Program-made: the position numbers and the translations under genes
Notes under the pieces: model-generated
The model's database searches: none
Told to the model about the DNA's origin: nothing
What the model saw: the letters and a program-made list of their open reading frames with translations, nothing else
Shown: positions 29,643 to 44,501 of the stretch, in pieces
Position numbering within the stretch: the stretch's first letter is position 1
Layout of the letters: every line of letters starts with the position of its first letter
Origin: Octopus vulgaris
Taxonomy: Eukaryota
DNA length: 64,000 nt
Direction of reading: 5' to 3'
NCBI GenBank assembly: GCA_951406725.2
Contig: OX597826.1
Location: 58,032,001-58,096,000 of the forward strand

Positions 29643-29853
29643 CATCATCATCATCATCATCATCATCATTATCATCATCATCATCAACAACAACAGCACC
29701 ATCATGTCGTCGTCATCATAATAACAACAACAGTTTGTTATATTTAAAGAGATGCGCTGTTGTCGCATACACACATACACACATATATGGGAACATGAGT
29801 GGAAGAGAGCTAATGTACCTGTGTATGTGTGAGTGTGTGTGCGCGTGCATGAA

Positions 29854-29890
<37 letters not shown>

Positions 29891-30071
29891 TTTACGTGAG
29901 AGTGTTCGCGTATATCACTGTGCGTGTGAATATATGTGTTCGAGAAAGGTTTTTTTTTCGAGGGAAACAGAGAAGACAGTTCGTAACAGCGAGCACTTGT
30001 AAGCGTGTGTGTGCGTGTGTATGTTCGTGCGAGAGACGAAGGGGTACGCATGCGTGGTACCAAAGAAATAT

Positions 30072-30220
30072 TCCGCCGAGGTCGACTTTGCCTTTCATCC
30101 TTTCGGGGTCGATAAATTAAGCACCAGTTACGCACTGGGGTCGATGTAATCGACTTAATACCTATGTCTGTCTTTGTTTGTCCCCTCTGTGTTTAGCCCC
30201 TTGTGGGCAATAAAGAAATA
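30072..30220 (+). mobile_element. 5'-truncated SINE B with TSD GGTACCAAAGAAATAT
   Basis: The direct repeat lies on both sides of the B core and tail. Confidence 0.85.
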
Positions 30221-30519
30221 GGTACCAAAGAAATATCTATATGTCTATCTGTCAATCCGTCTGTCTGTCCGTCTTTCTCATTTGTCTGCCTGTTCGTAAG
30301 TCTATCAATCAGCCTGTCTGGTATTATGTGAGAAAGAGAAACGGGATGTAACTGAAGTATGGGAAGTTAGACGGGCAAAGAGACTGAGAAATTGTTGATG
30401 TCATATGTGTGTATATGTGTATTTAAGGAGTAGATAAATGGACAGGGAGAAAAGACGACAGAAAGAGAGAGAGGGAGAGAGAGAGGAGTGAGAGAGAGGA
30501 GAGAAGACAGAGAGAGAGA

Positions 30520-30959
30520 GAGAGAGAGAGAGAGGCTGATTCGATAGTTCGTCCGATCGCCCCGTTCATACACACGTACATATATACATACATACAAACA
30601 TACATACACACACACAAACATATATTCTTTTATTCTGGAGCACCGCCTTTAGTCGAACAAATCGACCCCAGGACCTATTCTTTGTAAGCCTAGTACTTAT
30701 TCCATCGGTTCTTTTGTCGAACCAAGAGAGGAGAGAGAGAGAGAGGCTGATCCGATAGTTCGTCCGATCGCCCCGTTCATACACACGTACATATATACAT
30801 ACATACAAACATACATACACACATACACATACATACACACATACACAAACATATATATATTCTTTTATTCCAGAGCACCGCCTTTAGTCGAACAAATCGA
30901 CCCCAGGACCTATTCTTTGTAAGCCTAGTACTTATTCCATCGGTTCTTTTGTCGAACCA
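30520..30959. repeat. Tandem duplication (about 200-235 bp) including a SINE A 3' fragment
   Basis: GAGGCTGAT..CGATAGTTCGTCCGATCGCCCCG...GTCGAACCA occurs twice. Confidence 0.85.
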
Positions 30960-32025
30960 CTAAGTTACGGGGACGTAAACGCACCAGCATTTTTTTCTCT
31001 GTAGCATATAGACAGCTGCAGACATGTTTAAGCCTAATTAGATCTCATCAGCGTATCATAATCTTCTAACGCCGATAGAGTTTCATAGAGATTGAGATGA
31101 CGATGTTCTTATCATTTAATTCCAAGTCATCTCTGACCGAAGGGACTCACGAGCAAAGACGTTCAAATCATGACCTTCTAGCCCTTTTCCAGGTATTATA
31201 TAGTACGAACTATATAATCTAGTGAATACTTTATTTAAAACAATAGGATGTGATTTGAGGGAGATTTGCCTTTTGTTTGAGCAAATCAAGAGATCAAGTA
31301 TGCAAACTCCTTTCTTGGCTTTTGAGATGATAGCAGTGAGGATGATTACTCTTTACCATTTACATCCTATTTGTTTCAGTAGTTAGTCTGCGGTCATGCT
31401 GGGGTACCGCGTTGAAGAATTCTATGTCGGACGAATCGATCCTAGAACTACTGTTTCTTTTTTTTTTAAGCCTGGTACTTATACTATCGGACCCTTTTTG
31501 TCGAAGCGCTATGTCACGGGGACGTAAACCAAGCAACATCGGTTGTCAAACGGTGATCTCACACACACACACGCACACACAAACACACGCACAAACACAC
31601 GCGCACGCACGCACACAGTAGCGGCGGTGGCAGTCGTAACGAAATTAGTGCTAGTGGTGTTGATGGTAGTGGTGGTGGTTGTGGTGGTGGTGGTGGCGGT
31701 GGCGGTAGGAGTAGAGAGGTAATAGTAGTGGATTGTAGCGTTAGTCGTAGTTGCAGTGGTAGTGGTAGTCATAGGGGTAGTACTGGTGGTAGTACTACAA
31801 GCAGTATTGGTAATTGTAGAAGTGGTTGTGGTGTGGTGTTTATATAATAGTATGCAGGAATATGGTGAAGACAAATGGTCCTGTCAACATCACACCTCAC
31901 TGCTAGTTATTGTGAATAATAGTGAGAGGACATTGACGACAGACGTTTATAGTATAATGATGACGACAATGGCGGCAGCAGCGATGGTGGTGGTGGTGGT
32001 AGTGGTGTCATGATGAGGTTGATTA

Positions 32026-32798
32026 CCTATTTCTTTACTACCCACAAGGGGCTAAACATAGAGGGGACAAACATGGACAGACATAGGTATTAAGTCGATT
32101 ACATCGGACCCCAGTGCGTAACTGGTACTTAATTTATCGACCCCGAAAGGATGAAAGGCAAAGTCGACCTCGGCGGAATTTGAACTCACAACGTAACGGC
32201 AGCCGAAATACCTATTTCTTTACTACCCACAAGGGGCTAAACACAGAAGGGACAAACAAGGATAGACAAACGGATTAATTCGATTACATCGACCCCAGTA
32301 ACTGGTACTTATTTAATCGACCCCGAAAGGATGAAAGGCAAAGTCGACCTCGGTGGAATTTGAACTCACAACGTAACGGCAGCCGAAATACCTATTTCTT
32401 TACTACCCACAAGGGGCTAAACACAGAGGGGACAAACAAGGACAGACAAACGGATTAATTCGATTACATCGACCCCAGTAACTGGTACTTATTTAATCGA
32501 CCCCGAAAGGATGAAAGGCAAAGTCGACCTCGGTGGAATTTGAACTCACAACGTAACGGCAGCCGAAATACCTATTTCTTTACTACCCACAAGGGGCTAA
32601 ACACAGAGGGGACAAACAAGGACAGACAAACGGATTAATTCGATTACATCGACCCCAGTAACTGGTACTTATTTAATCGACCCCGAAAGGATGAAAGGCA
32701 AAGTCGACCTCGGCGGAATTTGAACTCGCAACGTAACGGCAGCCGAAATACCGCTAAGCATTTCGGCCCGACGTGCTAACGATTCTGCCAACCTCCAC
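32026..32798 (-). mobile_element. SINE family B head-to-tail tetramer (180-bp period)
   Basis: Junctions CCGAAATAC|CTATTTC at about 32211, 32391 and 32571, with a single tRNA-like head at the right end. Confidence 0.92.
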
Positions 32799-33196
32799 TA
32801 CGATAGCTATGACGACGAAGATGTCAATGACGACGACGATAATGATAATGATAATGATGATGGTAGTGGTGGTGATGACGACACCCGCGACGATGGTTTG
32901 CAGTTGTGGTGCTGGTGTTGGTGGTGGGGGCTAACGACGATGACAACGACGACGATAACGGTGATAATGCCGATGATGATGATGAATGATATATTAGTAC
33001 TTCGGTTCCTTTTCCTTCTCTCTGTCTCATTCACACATGGGCACGGGTGCGTGCGTCACTCACAGACACACACATTTACAATTGGGACTTCCAGCGAAGT
33101 TTTCAGTTATTCTGTCTGTCCTGTTGGTTATTTTCCTTTCCGTCTCTCTCTGCTGTCCTTCCGAAGGAGATGTTGGGCAGCCTTGAGAAGGAGAAA

Positions 33197-33261
<65 letters not shown>

Positions 33262-33349
33262 GGGCAGAGGCAGAGAGAGAGGCAGAGAGAAAAGGAGGGA
33301 CAGAGGAGGAGAGGAAAAACTTCGAAGCATGTCTGCTTTCGTAATTATG

Positions 33350-33768
33350 TCATCACCACCATCTACACTTAACACCACCACCACTATTACCACCATCACC
33401 ACCGCCACCGCCGCCAGCACCACCACCACCACCACCACCACCACCACCGTCACCACCGCCACCATCACCACCATCATCACCACTACCACTATCACCACCA
33501 TCATTACCACTATCACCACCACCACCACCACCACCACCACCACCACCACTATCACCACCGCCACCACCGCCACCACCACACCATCACCATCACGACCACC
33601 ACCACCGCCACCGCCACACCATCATTATCATCATAAGTAGCATCAACAGCAGTAGCAGCTACACCATCACCACCAGCATCACCACCACCATCACAACCAT
33701 CACAACCATCATAATCATCATAAACAATAGCACCACCACCAACATCGCCATCATCACCATCACTACTA

Positions 33769-33800
<32 letters not shown>

Positions 33801-34070
33801 GCCACCGCCACCGCCACACCATCATTATCATCATAAGTAACAACAACAGCAGCAGCACCACCACCACTACCACCATTACTACCACCAACATTACTACCAC
33901 CACTTCCACCATCGCTATCACTATCACCGCCACCACAACCATTTTTATTATCGCAAGTAGCACCGACACCACTAACACCACCCCCAGCAGCAGCACCAGC
34001 AGCACAAACACCATAATTTTTATAAGCAACAGCACTATCAACCACCGTATCTACGCCGCACCTACTATCA
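33350..34070. repeat. Degenerate (ACC)n / (ACCGCC)n repeat field
   Basis: Seen directly. Confidence 0.9.
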
Positions 34071-34704
34071 CACTTTTAGGGACAGATCCCAAATCATTAT
34101 AAATTAATTTACAGCTTTAATTACGAGATGATCAAAGTCGCCATAAAACGGTTTATTAACAGCAATGTCTAAATATTTGTATTTATGTCAATAGGTTATT
34201 TGCTTAAAAGCCAATGAGGAAAGAAATAACAGTTAGTACACGCTCAAATCACACCGTACCGTCTTAATGACTGAATCAAGCAGTGAATAATTCTAGAGCT
34301 AAGCTATTCTTTAGAGAAATGAAAATGAACAGATAGGGTTATTGTCAAAGGAATGTCTTTCTTTCTTCATGGAAACTGAAGCCGAGGAGGAACTAAACAA
34401 CAGTATGCTGACAGTCAGAAAGGAGTAACTCAGACGACTGGAAATAGTTATTTTGAATTAATGAATATTCCTCATTTGTACGTATTCCTTTAAATTATCG
34501 ACTATCGCGAATCAACAAAGACTCACATGTGTGAGTGTGTATGTGTGTGTTTGTTCATGAATGTGTGCACACGCGCGCATACACTCACACACACACTCAC
34601 ACACACACATAAAGAGGGAAATGGGCAGAAAAGAAGACACCACAACAGGAACAAGTATTAACAACTTTTATATTAATTTAACGCTTTAAAAAAAAAAGGT
34701 ATGT

Positions 34705-34742
34705 TTCTTGACGTTTCGGACACTTTTCTTTCATCAAAAGAA
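34705..34742 (-). ncRNA. Degenerate minimal hammerhead motif (C3U)
   Basis: Minus strand: TTCTT-TTGATGA-aagaaaagtgtcc-GAAACGTC-AAGAA. Stem I is 5 bp and stem II is damaged. Confidence 0.5.
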
Positions 34743-35426
34743 GGATAGAAAAGAGAAGCTAAAAGAATGAAAAAAGCTGCCTGGAAAAATACCGAACGGC
34801 TTTTCTACATTTACGTATTGCCGTCTATAATTTATGTATGTATGTATGTAGGTAGGTAGGTAGGTAGGTAGGTAGGTAGGTAGGTAGGTAGATAGGTAGG
34901 TAGGCAGGTAGTAGGTGTATAGGTAATAACGTCCAACATGCGGCTATTTAACGCTTTAATTTGAATCCTGCCGAAGCCAGTTTTATATTCAATAGATTTT
35001 GGTGACAATATAATAAAGTACCAGTCATTCACTGAGTCAGTATAACCATGTAACTTATGTGAAACCTTATACATGTGTAAAACACACCTAGAAAGTAATT
35101 TCAATCACCAATGTGATTGCTCAGTAAATTTAAAAACAGTAGCCATCTTTCCTTCACATCACTTACCCTTGTTTAAAACAATGGCTATACTGTGCATAGC
35201 GTTACTAAAGATATACAATCTGTAGCGAAAAACAATACGGGCTGGTCAGGCATGGCTGGAATGTCTTTCATCGTAGGTTTATCTGCTGGGTCACAGCTGC
35301 GCTGATACCAAGCATCGGCAACAGCAAAAAATTTTTCGGCTTGTTACCCTCATCATGTCTAGTTTTTGTATGTACTTATGTGTTTGTGTACATTTTATAC
35401 ACACACGCACGTACATACACACAGAG

Positions 35427-35483
<57 letters not shown>

Positions 35484-35538
35484 TACATACATGCACACAC
35501 ATAGAAGCGCACACACTAACAAACACAAAAACACACCC

Positions 35539-35632
<94 letters not shown>

Positions 35633-36067
35633 TGAGTGAGTGAGTGAGTTTGGAAGAAATACATGCAGTAGTTTGCGCGCGCGTATGTGTGTCTATGGTA
35701 AGAAGTCTGTATCACAACCACGACTCTGGATTCAGTGCCATTACGTTACAACATGTGTATGTGTCTTCTAATATAGCTCCGAGCCGACCGAAGCCTTGCA
35801 GACAGAAACTGAAGGAAACTCGAGCCATAAATATATGTGTGTGTTTGAGCGTGTGTGTGTGTGTGTCTTTCTTTGTGTTCGTTTCCCACCACGATTTGAC
35901 AACTAATGTTGTCTTGTTAACATCTTGTGAACCTAGGGGTTCGTCAAAATGAAACCGATAGGATAAGTATCAGGTTTTAAAAATATTAGTAACGGCGTAT
36001 ATTTGTTCGATTAAACCATACAAAGTTGTGCTCCACCATGGCCGCAGTCCAAAAACTAAAACCAGTA

Positions 36068-36098
<31 letters not shown>

Positions 36099-36174
36099 AT
36101 CCAAACAAGAAAACAAAAACAAAAAAAACAACGCAAGGACGTGGAACAAATAAAGTATTATTGGACGCTCAGGA

Positions 36175-36670
<496 letters not shown>

Positions 36671-36741
36671 TATGCGTATATACCTGTGTGTGTGTATATG
36701 TGGGCGTGTGGTTGTGTGAGTGCGTATATTATGTATGTATG

Positions 36742-36775
<34 letters not shown>

Positions 36776-37082
36776 TGTACATATCTAACTATCTGTCTAT
36801 CCTCGGTTAGTTGTCCATAAGTCAGTAAAAAAAGCACCCTCTAAAAGAGAGAAAGTGAAATCAGGCGGTTATACCTATATATTTGTCGTGTAGCATACTC
36901 TTGATTTGGTCATATACTCGGTCAGAAAGTTACCGATGTTTACGCGCCAGCAATTGCACTTGACAAAGATTGAGTCGTCAATATTGCCAAGAACAATTGT
37001 TGGCGCCTAACCGCCGGTAACTTTCTGACTCGTTGGTTCTATGCCATAACCAGCAATATACTACTTGAGTATCTGTATATAT

Positions 37083-37119
<37 letters not shown>

Positions 37120-37299
37120 CACAGACATTCGTACATAAATGTGTATGTATTTAAGGACTTCCAAATTTTGTTTTAATCGACAAGGAGAAAGCATTAAGGA
37201 AGATATAAGGTGAAGTCTAAAGGAGCTTGCATCACATCCAGAATGGTTGGTAGGAAGAAAACGTTGAAGCTCTTCAACACTCATCAGATGCTAGATATT

Positions 37300-37830
37300 C
37301 TAAGGCAATATACCAACTGATGAAAGAAATCTGCAGTCCACACGAATCATCTTTTACTCCTTTTGAAATACAGGCTAGATGGAGGAAAACAGAGATTGGT
37401 GAATCGTTACGAGACAATATTATGCAGTGGCCGAGAAAGGAATGCTTAGATGAAACCCAAGTCAGAATGAAATCTATGGTGGGTATTAAGGTGTTTGAAT
37501 TTTTTGTTAGGGATCTATCATATGCTGATGATTGCTTTTTAGAATCTTACACAGAACAGGAACTGCAGGATCTGATTACATTTTTTAACGCATATTGCAA
37601 AGATTTTGGCTTGGAAATGGATTTGAAGGAAACATAAGTTATGTTTCAGGTTGCACCCGGAAATGTATATGTCAAATCAAAGATATTAGTAGGAGATAAA
37701 GAATTAAAGGTGGTGAGGTCCGTTACTTATCTGAGAAGTATACTGCGAGATGATGCAAGTTTGGAGATAGGGATCTTATAGAAAATGAAGAAGGATTCGC
37801 AAGCTTTTGGAGATCTGGAAAACAGGTTTT
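37300..37830 (+). pseudogene. Degraded RTE-clade LINE reverse-transcriptase fragment
   Basis: Reads KVFEFFVRDLSYADDCFLESYTEQELQDLITFFNAYCKDFGLEMDLKET*VMFQ...VTYLRSIL, containing the YADD catalytic motif and the RTE-typical FGL.I..KKT and F.YLGS context. Confidence 0.85.
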
Positions 37831-40800
37831 CGTTACACGGCATGTGTCACAGAAATCATTGTATATGCGTGGATCTTGGAAAAAATTACGAATGTGTGCT
37901 TCTTTTTCTCAAGGCAGTAAGGTGTTACTTGTAGGATATTTGACTACTGTTTCTAGCATGTAAGGCATCCTTTGACTTACCTGTTAACAATGAAGGGTTT
38001 CTCTAAATATTTTCGACAGTTTAACTTTATTCCCTATTATGCATCTTACTATAAGAATACAACGTCACGTTATGAAAATATTCTTGTTGTTGTTGCCCTC
38101 CACAGTCTTTCAATATCAGATTTTACTTTGCACCACATATCCGCGATTATTTTCTTCGCATTCCAATCCTTTTCTTCTATTTACACATTCTTACCATTTT
38201 ACCAATACTACTAATGTGTTAGTATTGGAAAGATGGTATTTTAACTGCAGGAATTCAAACAATATTCTAACGAAAAAATAATATACACACACAAATTAAC
38301 ACGCAGTCTAATATTACATTCTTCCACTTGCTGATTAGCGACAAAATATATATTTTTTTAAATCAATTAATTAGTAATATTAGATTACACAGTTTGTCCA
38401 TTAGTAGCACTGTTTTGTGTCGTTGGTTTTTTTTTTTTTACTTAAGTATAATATTACTGTAATTTGCAACAAGGTCAGTTATTACCCTATATTTAGCATT
38501 TTCTTCAGTTTTAATTATTAATCTGACGTGACTATAATATTCTTTCCTAACTTTTTACTTTCGATGGTAAATGTGTTTTTAATCTACCAATTTCGAAGAC
38601 ACCTAGATATTTATAAGTTCGTAATTACTCAAACTATTTTGTTTTTTTTTATTTCTTTGTCTAAGAGAGCTGTATTATTGGTTCACATTAGTTTTATGTA
38701 TTTATTTTTTGGGTTTTTTTTTCTCTTTTTGTTGTGGCTTTAGTTCACCTCTCTAGTTCTGTTTCTCGTCAATATTGAATCCGTGTAACATAAGTAAGAT
38801 ATTTCTCGTTGTTTGTCATCTTGGAAATAGTTGTTTACCAGTCTAAAGCAGTTTTGCCTACTTTCACTATGATGTATCTTGTTGATCGTTGCTGTTGTTG
38901 TTATTACATAATCCCAGGACACCCTCATGCAGAAGACTTAGGATCAAATGCGTTCCAGCCTTGTCCATTCCGTCTTTTAGGACTACTAAGTAACATAGTG
39001 GTTAATCGTACAACACAAAACGAAGTGAAGGAAAACTGTCTATTTGCAATATTCTTCCTTCTTTAAGGATCGTGTTTGTTTTTATTACTCTTTATTTTAT
39101 TGTTTTCCGTATTAATCAGAAGAAGAAAGATAGTACTAATGGCATTTATTAAAGGGATTCTGAGACTGGAAGCGAGAAACCGGGTATCTGGTTCAGATAC
39201 TTGAAACATAGTGAACTCTTTTAGAACCACCCAAGTACCAGATGTGATATTAAGTCGGGTGACAACTTAAATCTACCAACCAAGAACAGGTACAATGGAT
39301 TTCCGTACAGTCACTAACTCTCCGATTTATTCTTAAGACAATTGTTTATCATTTGTGCCTTATATGTTTTATATACCTTCGATTTCTTGGTGCTAGTCAT
39401 CTTGCACCCCACATTTCCAGAATCCTCGAATGTTAGGTTTTGTCAAGCGCTTTTCACTAATCAACTATTCGATATTTTATGTAATCCTTTTTCTGTAATC
39501 CTCAGATATGGCTTTACTATTTAGAAATCAATCTTTATGGAATTTCTGATTTGTCAAAAGTTGTTCTTACTTCTACGAGAGGGTTGATCTTCTCATGACG
39601 ATCTTTCCAAATAATATTTGTTGCTTGATTTATTCAGCGAAGGGGGTCATGTGAGTTATGTCACGAAGGACAATATCTCCTTGACTTTGAAATAAATTAA
39701 GGAATTATCTGACAAGGAGGAAAGTGACATGCCATTGCTTTGCCATAAACGATAGAAACTACCAAAGCAGTAGCTAGACGAAGCTCTCGCTGATAATGTG
39801 GATTATTACAATTTACAGGAGTTTGTCAATGTTCTCCTGGTGTTGTTCTTTTATGAGCAACATCACCATTCCTTGGCTCACACGATTAAGAATGCTTTCA
39901 GTCTGTTGAAAGTTGCTGTAGACAGTTCTTAATACATTAAAGAACAAGTGTAGCATATAACAAAATAAGTTCCTAAAGCAGATTCATTCAGTTCCCGCAC
40001 ACATGCTCAACTCACTGACTTTCACCCACTGAATTCGGTTTTCTTGGCAGCACTACATCTTTGACTAAGAACCGTGTAATACTCTTGGACCAAACACGGA
40101 TTTACGTCATCATAAGTGATCCTTACACCTAAGAATTTCTCTGGATCAGGAAAATCAAGACCAGTACGTCTGAAAAAGACACAGCCGATAACATAAGTAA
40201 CATAAAATGTTAAGCATAAGCCTTAAAGGAATCCTCTTTGTAGGTTTGATGAAAGGCCGTCAATTCCTTTTTGAGTGCATTCACCCTTGTAGACAAACAC
40301 TGTTATTTGTCTTACCATTTGTCCGTCTATACTCTATACAGCTGAACGAGGCCCGAGAGTGGTGTGGCCAATTTAGTCAGTGATAGTCAGATTACAAAAC
40401 AAGACTGGTTTACATAATTACTGGTAGCAGGAAAGTTTTGACGTGAGGTAAAATGATGGCATAACATAGAGCAGTGACAATTTAAATTTATACAGTTTAG
40501 ACACTCCGGCACACATTTATATGATGCAATTTTACACTTTTCAACACATCATTGATTAAATCATTTACCGTAGCCGCCTGTTGAGCGCTATATACGAAAA
40601 TTGGATATTCTGGTTTAGTGAAGTGCCTGTTAAGCCGTATGTGAAATAGAACCGAAACCAGCCAGAACGATACCAATTTTTCTACTCAGAGATCGTTAAA
40701 ACATTTGTCTACATTTGTCCAGTGCTCGACCTCACTGCAGTGATTGCTAAAGCCTGTGTTACTTAAATGCGTTATATGGGTAATAGTAAGAGGAAATTGA

Positions 40801-41136
40801 GCCTGCTGACACATTAACATATTAGCAATCAAATTTCACCTCGAATAAAACATTACCACCTTAAGAAAGCAAAGACATATTTGATAGTATAGCCCTAGAA
40901 ACTTTATGTCTAAAAAGTATTTTAACGTGATATGAAATTGCCATGGTTGGTAAGCCTTTGATCGTAGCTCTATCTGCTCGATCAGAAATGACCTAGGGTT
41001 AAACAACCACAAGACCACGGCGAGAACAATAACTGAAAGCGGATCAAATGGAGATTCTTTGGAATAGTCCAAACCGGTTGAAGTTTCTTCTTGACCCTCT
41101 GCCTGTCCTGTGTAACACGTGACAAACTGGATATAT

Positions 41137-41545
41137 TGGCTGTGTGGTAAGTAGCTTGCTAACCAACCACATGGTTCCGGGTTCAGTCCCACTGCGTGGC
41201 ATCTTGGGCAGGTGTCTTCTACTATAGCCCCGGACCGACCAATGCCTTGTGAGTGGATTTGGTAGACGGAAACTAAAAGAAGCCTGTCGTATATATGTAT
41301 ATATATATATAAGTGTGTGTGTATATGTTTGTGTGTCTGTGTTTGTCCCCCTAGCAGTGCTTGACAACCGATGCTGGTGTGTTTACGTCCCCGTAACTTA
41401 GCGGTTCGGCAGAAGAGACCGATAGAATAAGTACTGGGCTTACAAAGAATAAGTCCCGGGGTCGATTTGCTCGACTAAAGGCGGTGCTCCAGCATGGCCG
41501 CAGTCAAATGACTGAAACAAGTAAAAGAGAAAAGAGTAAAAGAGA
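41137..41545 (+). mobile_element. SINE family A
   Basis: Near-full match to the other A copies. Confidence 0.9.
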
Positions 41546-42182
41546 GTTCATACTTCATATATGATATACATTCCCCAATTTTTTTTTCGACCATTAGAGT
41601 ACCTTGGAACTTATGAAAGGGAAGCTTTATATTACTCTATGAAATAAGGGCTGAATAAAAGTCTGAAAACAAGCATGGATCAAACCTTTAACGGAAACGC
41701 ATGAAAATGCTCGGGGCAGGCAAATGGTTAAATACTGGAATCAGTGGCGGAATCAAAGAGTTTAGTAAAAACCAATAAAGGCGAATTTAAGACATGGGAA
41801 GGACTGTTGATATGAAATGGGTTTCTGTCATTTAGGACTACGTAAACCAAGAGTATACTTTTGTGACCATTCAATCTTTGATTTTATCAATTTACTTGAT
41901 AACAAAGTAATTAAAATTATTGGCCAGAATCTCAAGGTCATCATGGCGACTATAAATATGTTGATTGCAATCACTGGTCAATAATCTGACCATAAAATTA
42001 AAGAGAGAAGTTCTCGTATCTACTCCTGGTATGATACCGATGCGCGCGCGCACGCACGCACACACACACACACACACGCACACACACACACTCTCTGTCT
42101 CTTTTTCTCTCTCGGATTCTAGTCCCACTACCCCACCTTTCCTACCTCTCTCCCTAAGGCCCTATCTCTATCACTCTTTTTC

Positions 42183-42215
<33 letters not shown>

Positions 42216-43869
42216 GTATACATACACACACACTAACACACATACATGCAGGCAGAGATACGTGTGTGCATATCTGCATTTGTATTATATACCCCATAAG
42301 TCTGTCAGGTTTTCAAATCTAATATACGTTTCAATTTCTTAATTATAGTGGATATACACACTCAAGCGCATAAACACATATTCACGCTCATGCATACGCA
42401 TACGCATATGATATATATTATAATATATACCATACATTATATGTATGTGTGTGTGTGTGTGAATCTGTGTGTATGTGTTTATGTATGTCTGTACGTGCGT
42501 GCGCGCGTTTATGTGTGTATTAATCCACAATAATTTAAGCGAATTAAAATCTACCAAATTATCTCACATCTCCAAAACTTTGAAACTCCTTTACTCAGTT
42601 GCACTGTAGTGACATCTCAACAACCATAACTGGATCAGTCTTTTAGTCAGTTGTTTTATTCTAATATAGGTTCCAAATTTTAGCACAGGGCTAGCAATTT
42701 ACGGGGAGGAGGTTAGTGGATAGCATCGACCCCAGTGCTGAACTGGTACGATTTTAACGGCCCCGAAAGGATGAAACACAAAATCGACCTCGGCGTCATT
42801 TAAACTCAGAACGTAGAAACGGACGAATTGAAAATGGAATATAGCTGTGATTAACAGTAATAGAATGCCGCAAACTTATAAAAAACGTTATGAAATTTCA
42901 AAGCGTAAGCGTGTGGTGAATAACTAACTGCAAAACATTGAAAAAGTGCGAATATATATTTGAATTTGTAAAGTTTGAAGCCAGATAAAACAGTGCCGGG
43001 CAAGAATATAATTCAGGTCAATAGTTCTAAAAATGGCGGATATCGCATACCGCCAGTTTGCTGTATAATTTGTGCAGTCTTTGTCTCCCTTATAAATTAT
43101 TGACTTTTACGCAATTTAATATTTTCTGCTAGGGAGGGAACTAGTTGATTTCACCGACCCCGAACCAATGAAAGGCAAAGTCAACCTCAGAGGTCATTTG
43201 AATTCAGAACGTAAAGACGGACGAAATGCCTCTAAGCATTTTGCCTGGCGTGCTAACGATTCTGTCAGCTCACCGCCTTAACAACAACAACAACAACAAC
43301 AATATAATATAAACTGTCAAATATTTTGGTGCGTGACTTTTGGCCCACCATGTACATAAAAAACGGCGATGGTGGGAGTACTGATAAAGTGTTTGTATTA
43401 AAATAGGAGGCGATTGTTAAAAATGTTTGGGAAATCCTGGTGTAGATGAAATTGGGTCGTCACATTGGCCACGTACCTTTAGCAAGACCTAATTAGTAGA
43501 GACTAAAATACCAAAAGGTTTTAATGAATCAATAAATAGAGCCACTATTTAGAGATGCAGCAAAGCAGCTGGAATATAAAGACGTAAGGTAAAAGTAAAT
43601 ACTTTAGAAAGTTGAAGGGTTTTAAAGATAATCCAGCAAGATTTTGTGTAAAGAAGTGTTTGGGTTTCCAATGAAATACTATAGAGTGTATTAATAAATC
43701 ACCTTTGATTTTTTAAATTTATTTTTTAAATAAAATTCCGGCGACGAGGATTAAATCTGGATCCCATACCCCGCGTAGTTCGTGAATTTAGAGGGTTTAG
43801 ATTTGCGATACTATCCCATTATTTTCCATCGTAAAATGGCAGATTCCTAAATATTCCGCTCGCACATTC

Positions 43870-44476
43870 ACAATAAACAAGGCATAGTTCCAGACTTTTG
43901 ATCGTGCAAGGTGTATTTTTACCCACTCCGATGTTTACACACGACCAGTTTTACGTCGCTATGAGTAAAGCAACGGACTCCAGTAATTTGAAAATTAGTG
44001 TCGACCAAACAGAAAATATCGTCTACAAAGCAGTTTTGTAATCATGTTGATATTATCGAAAGGAATATGGTAAATAATTTATGTAACGAAATTTGTGAAC
44101 TTTAAGTGTTTAAGAGTATAAACAAGCATAAAATAGTGTAAACAACTAAAATAAAAGTATATCTAAATAAAATTTTTTCTTAATACTTTTTATGTAGTGC
44201 TCGAAGGAAGGTCTGGCTTTCGTTAGGGGTAGTCCACATAAACATTCATGATATAGAGGCTGAGAGCCTATTTCAGTTCGGGAGTGAATCGTCACTATAT
44301 GCCACTTAGTCGCCAACACATGTCATATAGCTGCAATAGAATGCTGCATCACCAACAATAATGTGATTTCTCTCAGACATCTATGAAGTCCGTTTACACA
44401 TTTCTCAATACATACTGCTGTTATGACTTCCCTCCCTCATTTTATGCCACCATCGTAGATGGGTAGATTTGGTAGT
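43870..44476 (+). mobile_element. Helitron 3' relic: Pif1-like helicase C-terminus and terminal hairpin
   Basis: 43870-44041 reads TINKA*FQTFDRA/GVFLPTPMFTHDQFYVAMSKA...TENIVYKAVL*, compared with the Helitron pattern TINKSQGQT...VFSHGQLYVALSR...TKNIVYKEVL. A hairpin CCATC-GTA-GATGG at about 44450-44462 is followed by GTAGT. Confidence 0.85.
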
Positions 44477-44501
44477 ATATATTATCTAATAAGGACAGGA
44501 G

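Noticed and set aside
32026-32798. Regular array superficially like CRISPR
   Set aside because: There are no unique spacers and no cas genes, and the units are SINE bodies in eukaryotic DNA.
32026-32798. CCCCGAAAGGATGAAA in SINE B as a hammerhead stem II
   Set aside because: There is no upstream CUGANGA-like core and no stem III/NUH, so the multimers are not called retrozymes.
40030-40185. Possible minus-strand exon after TGTGTCTTTTTCAG (RTGLDFPDPEKFLG...)
   Set aside because: It is short, has no recognisable homology and has no partner exons; RNA-seq or BLASTx would be needed.
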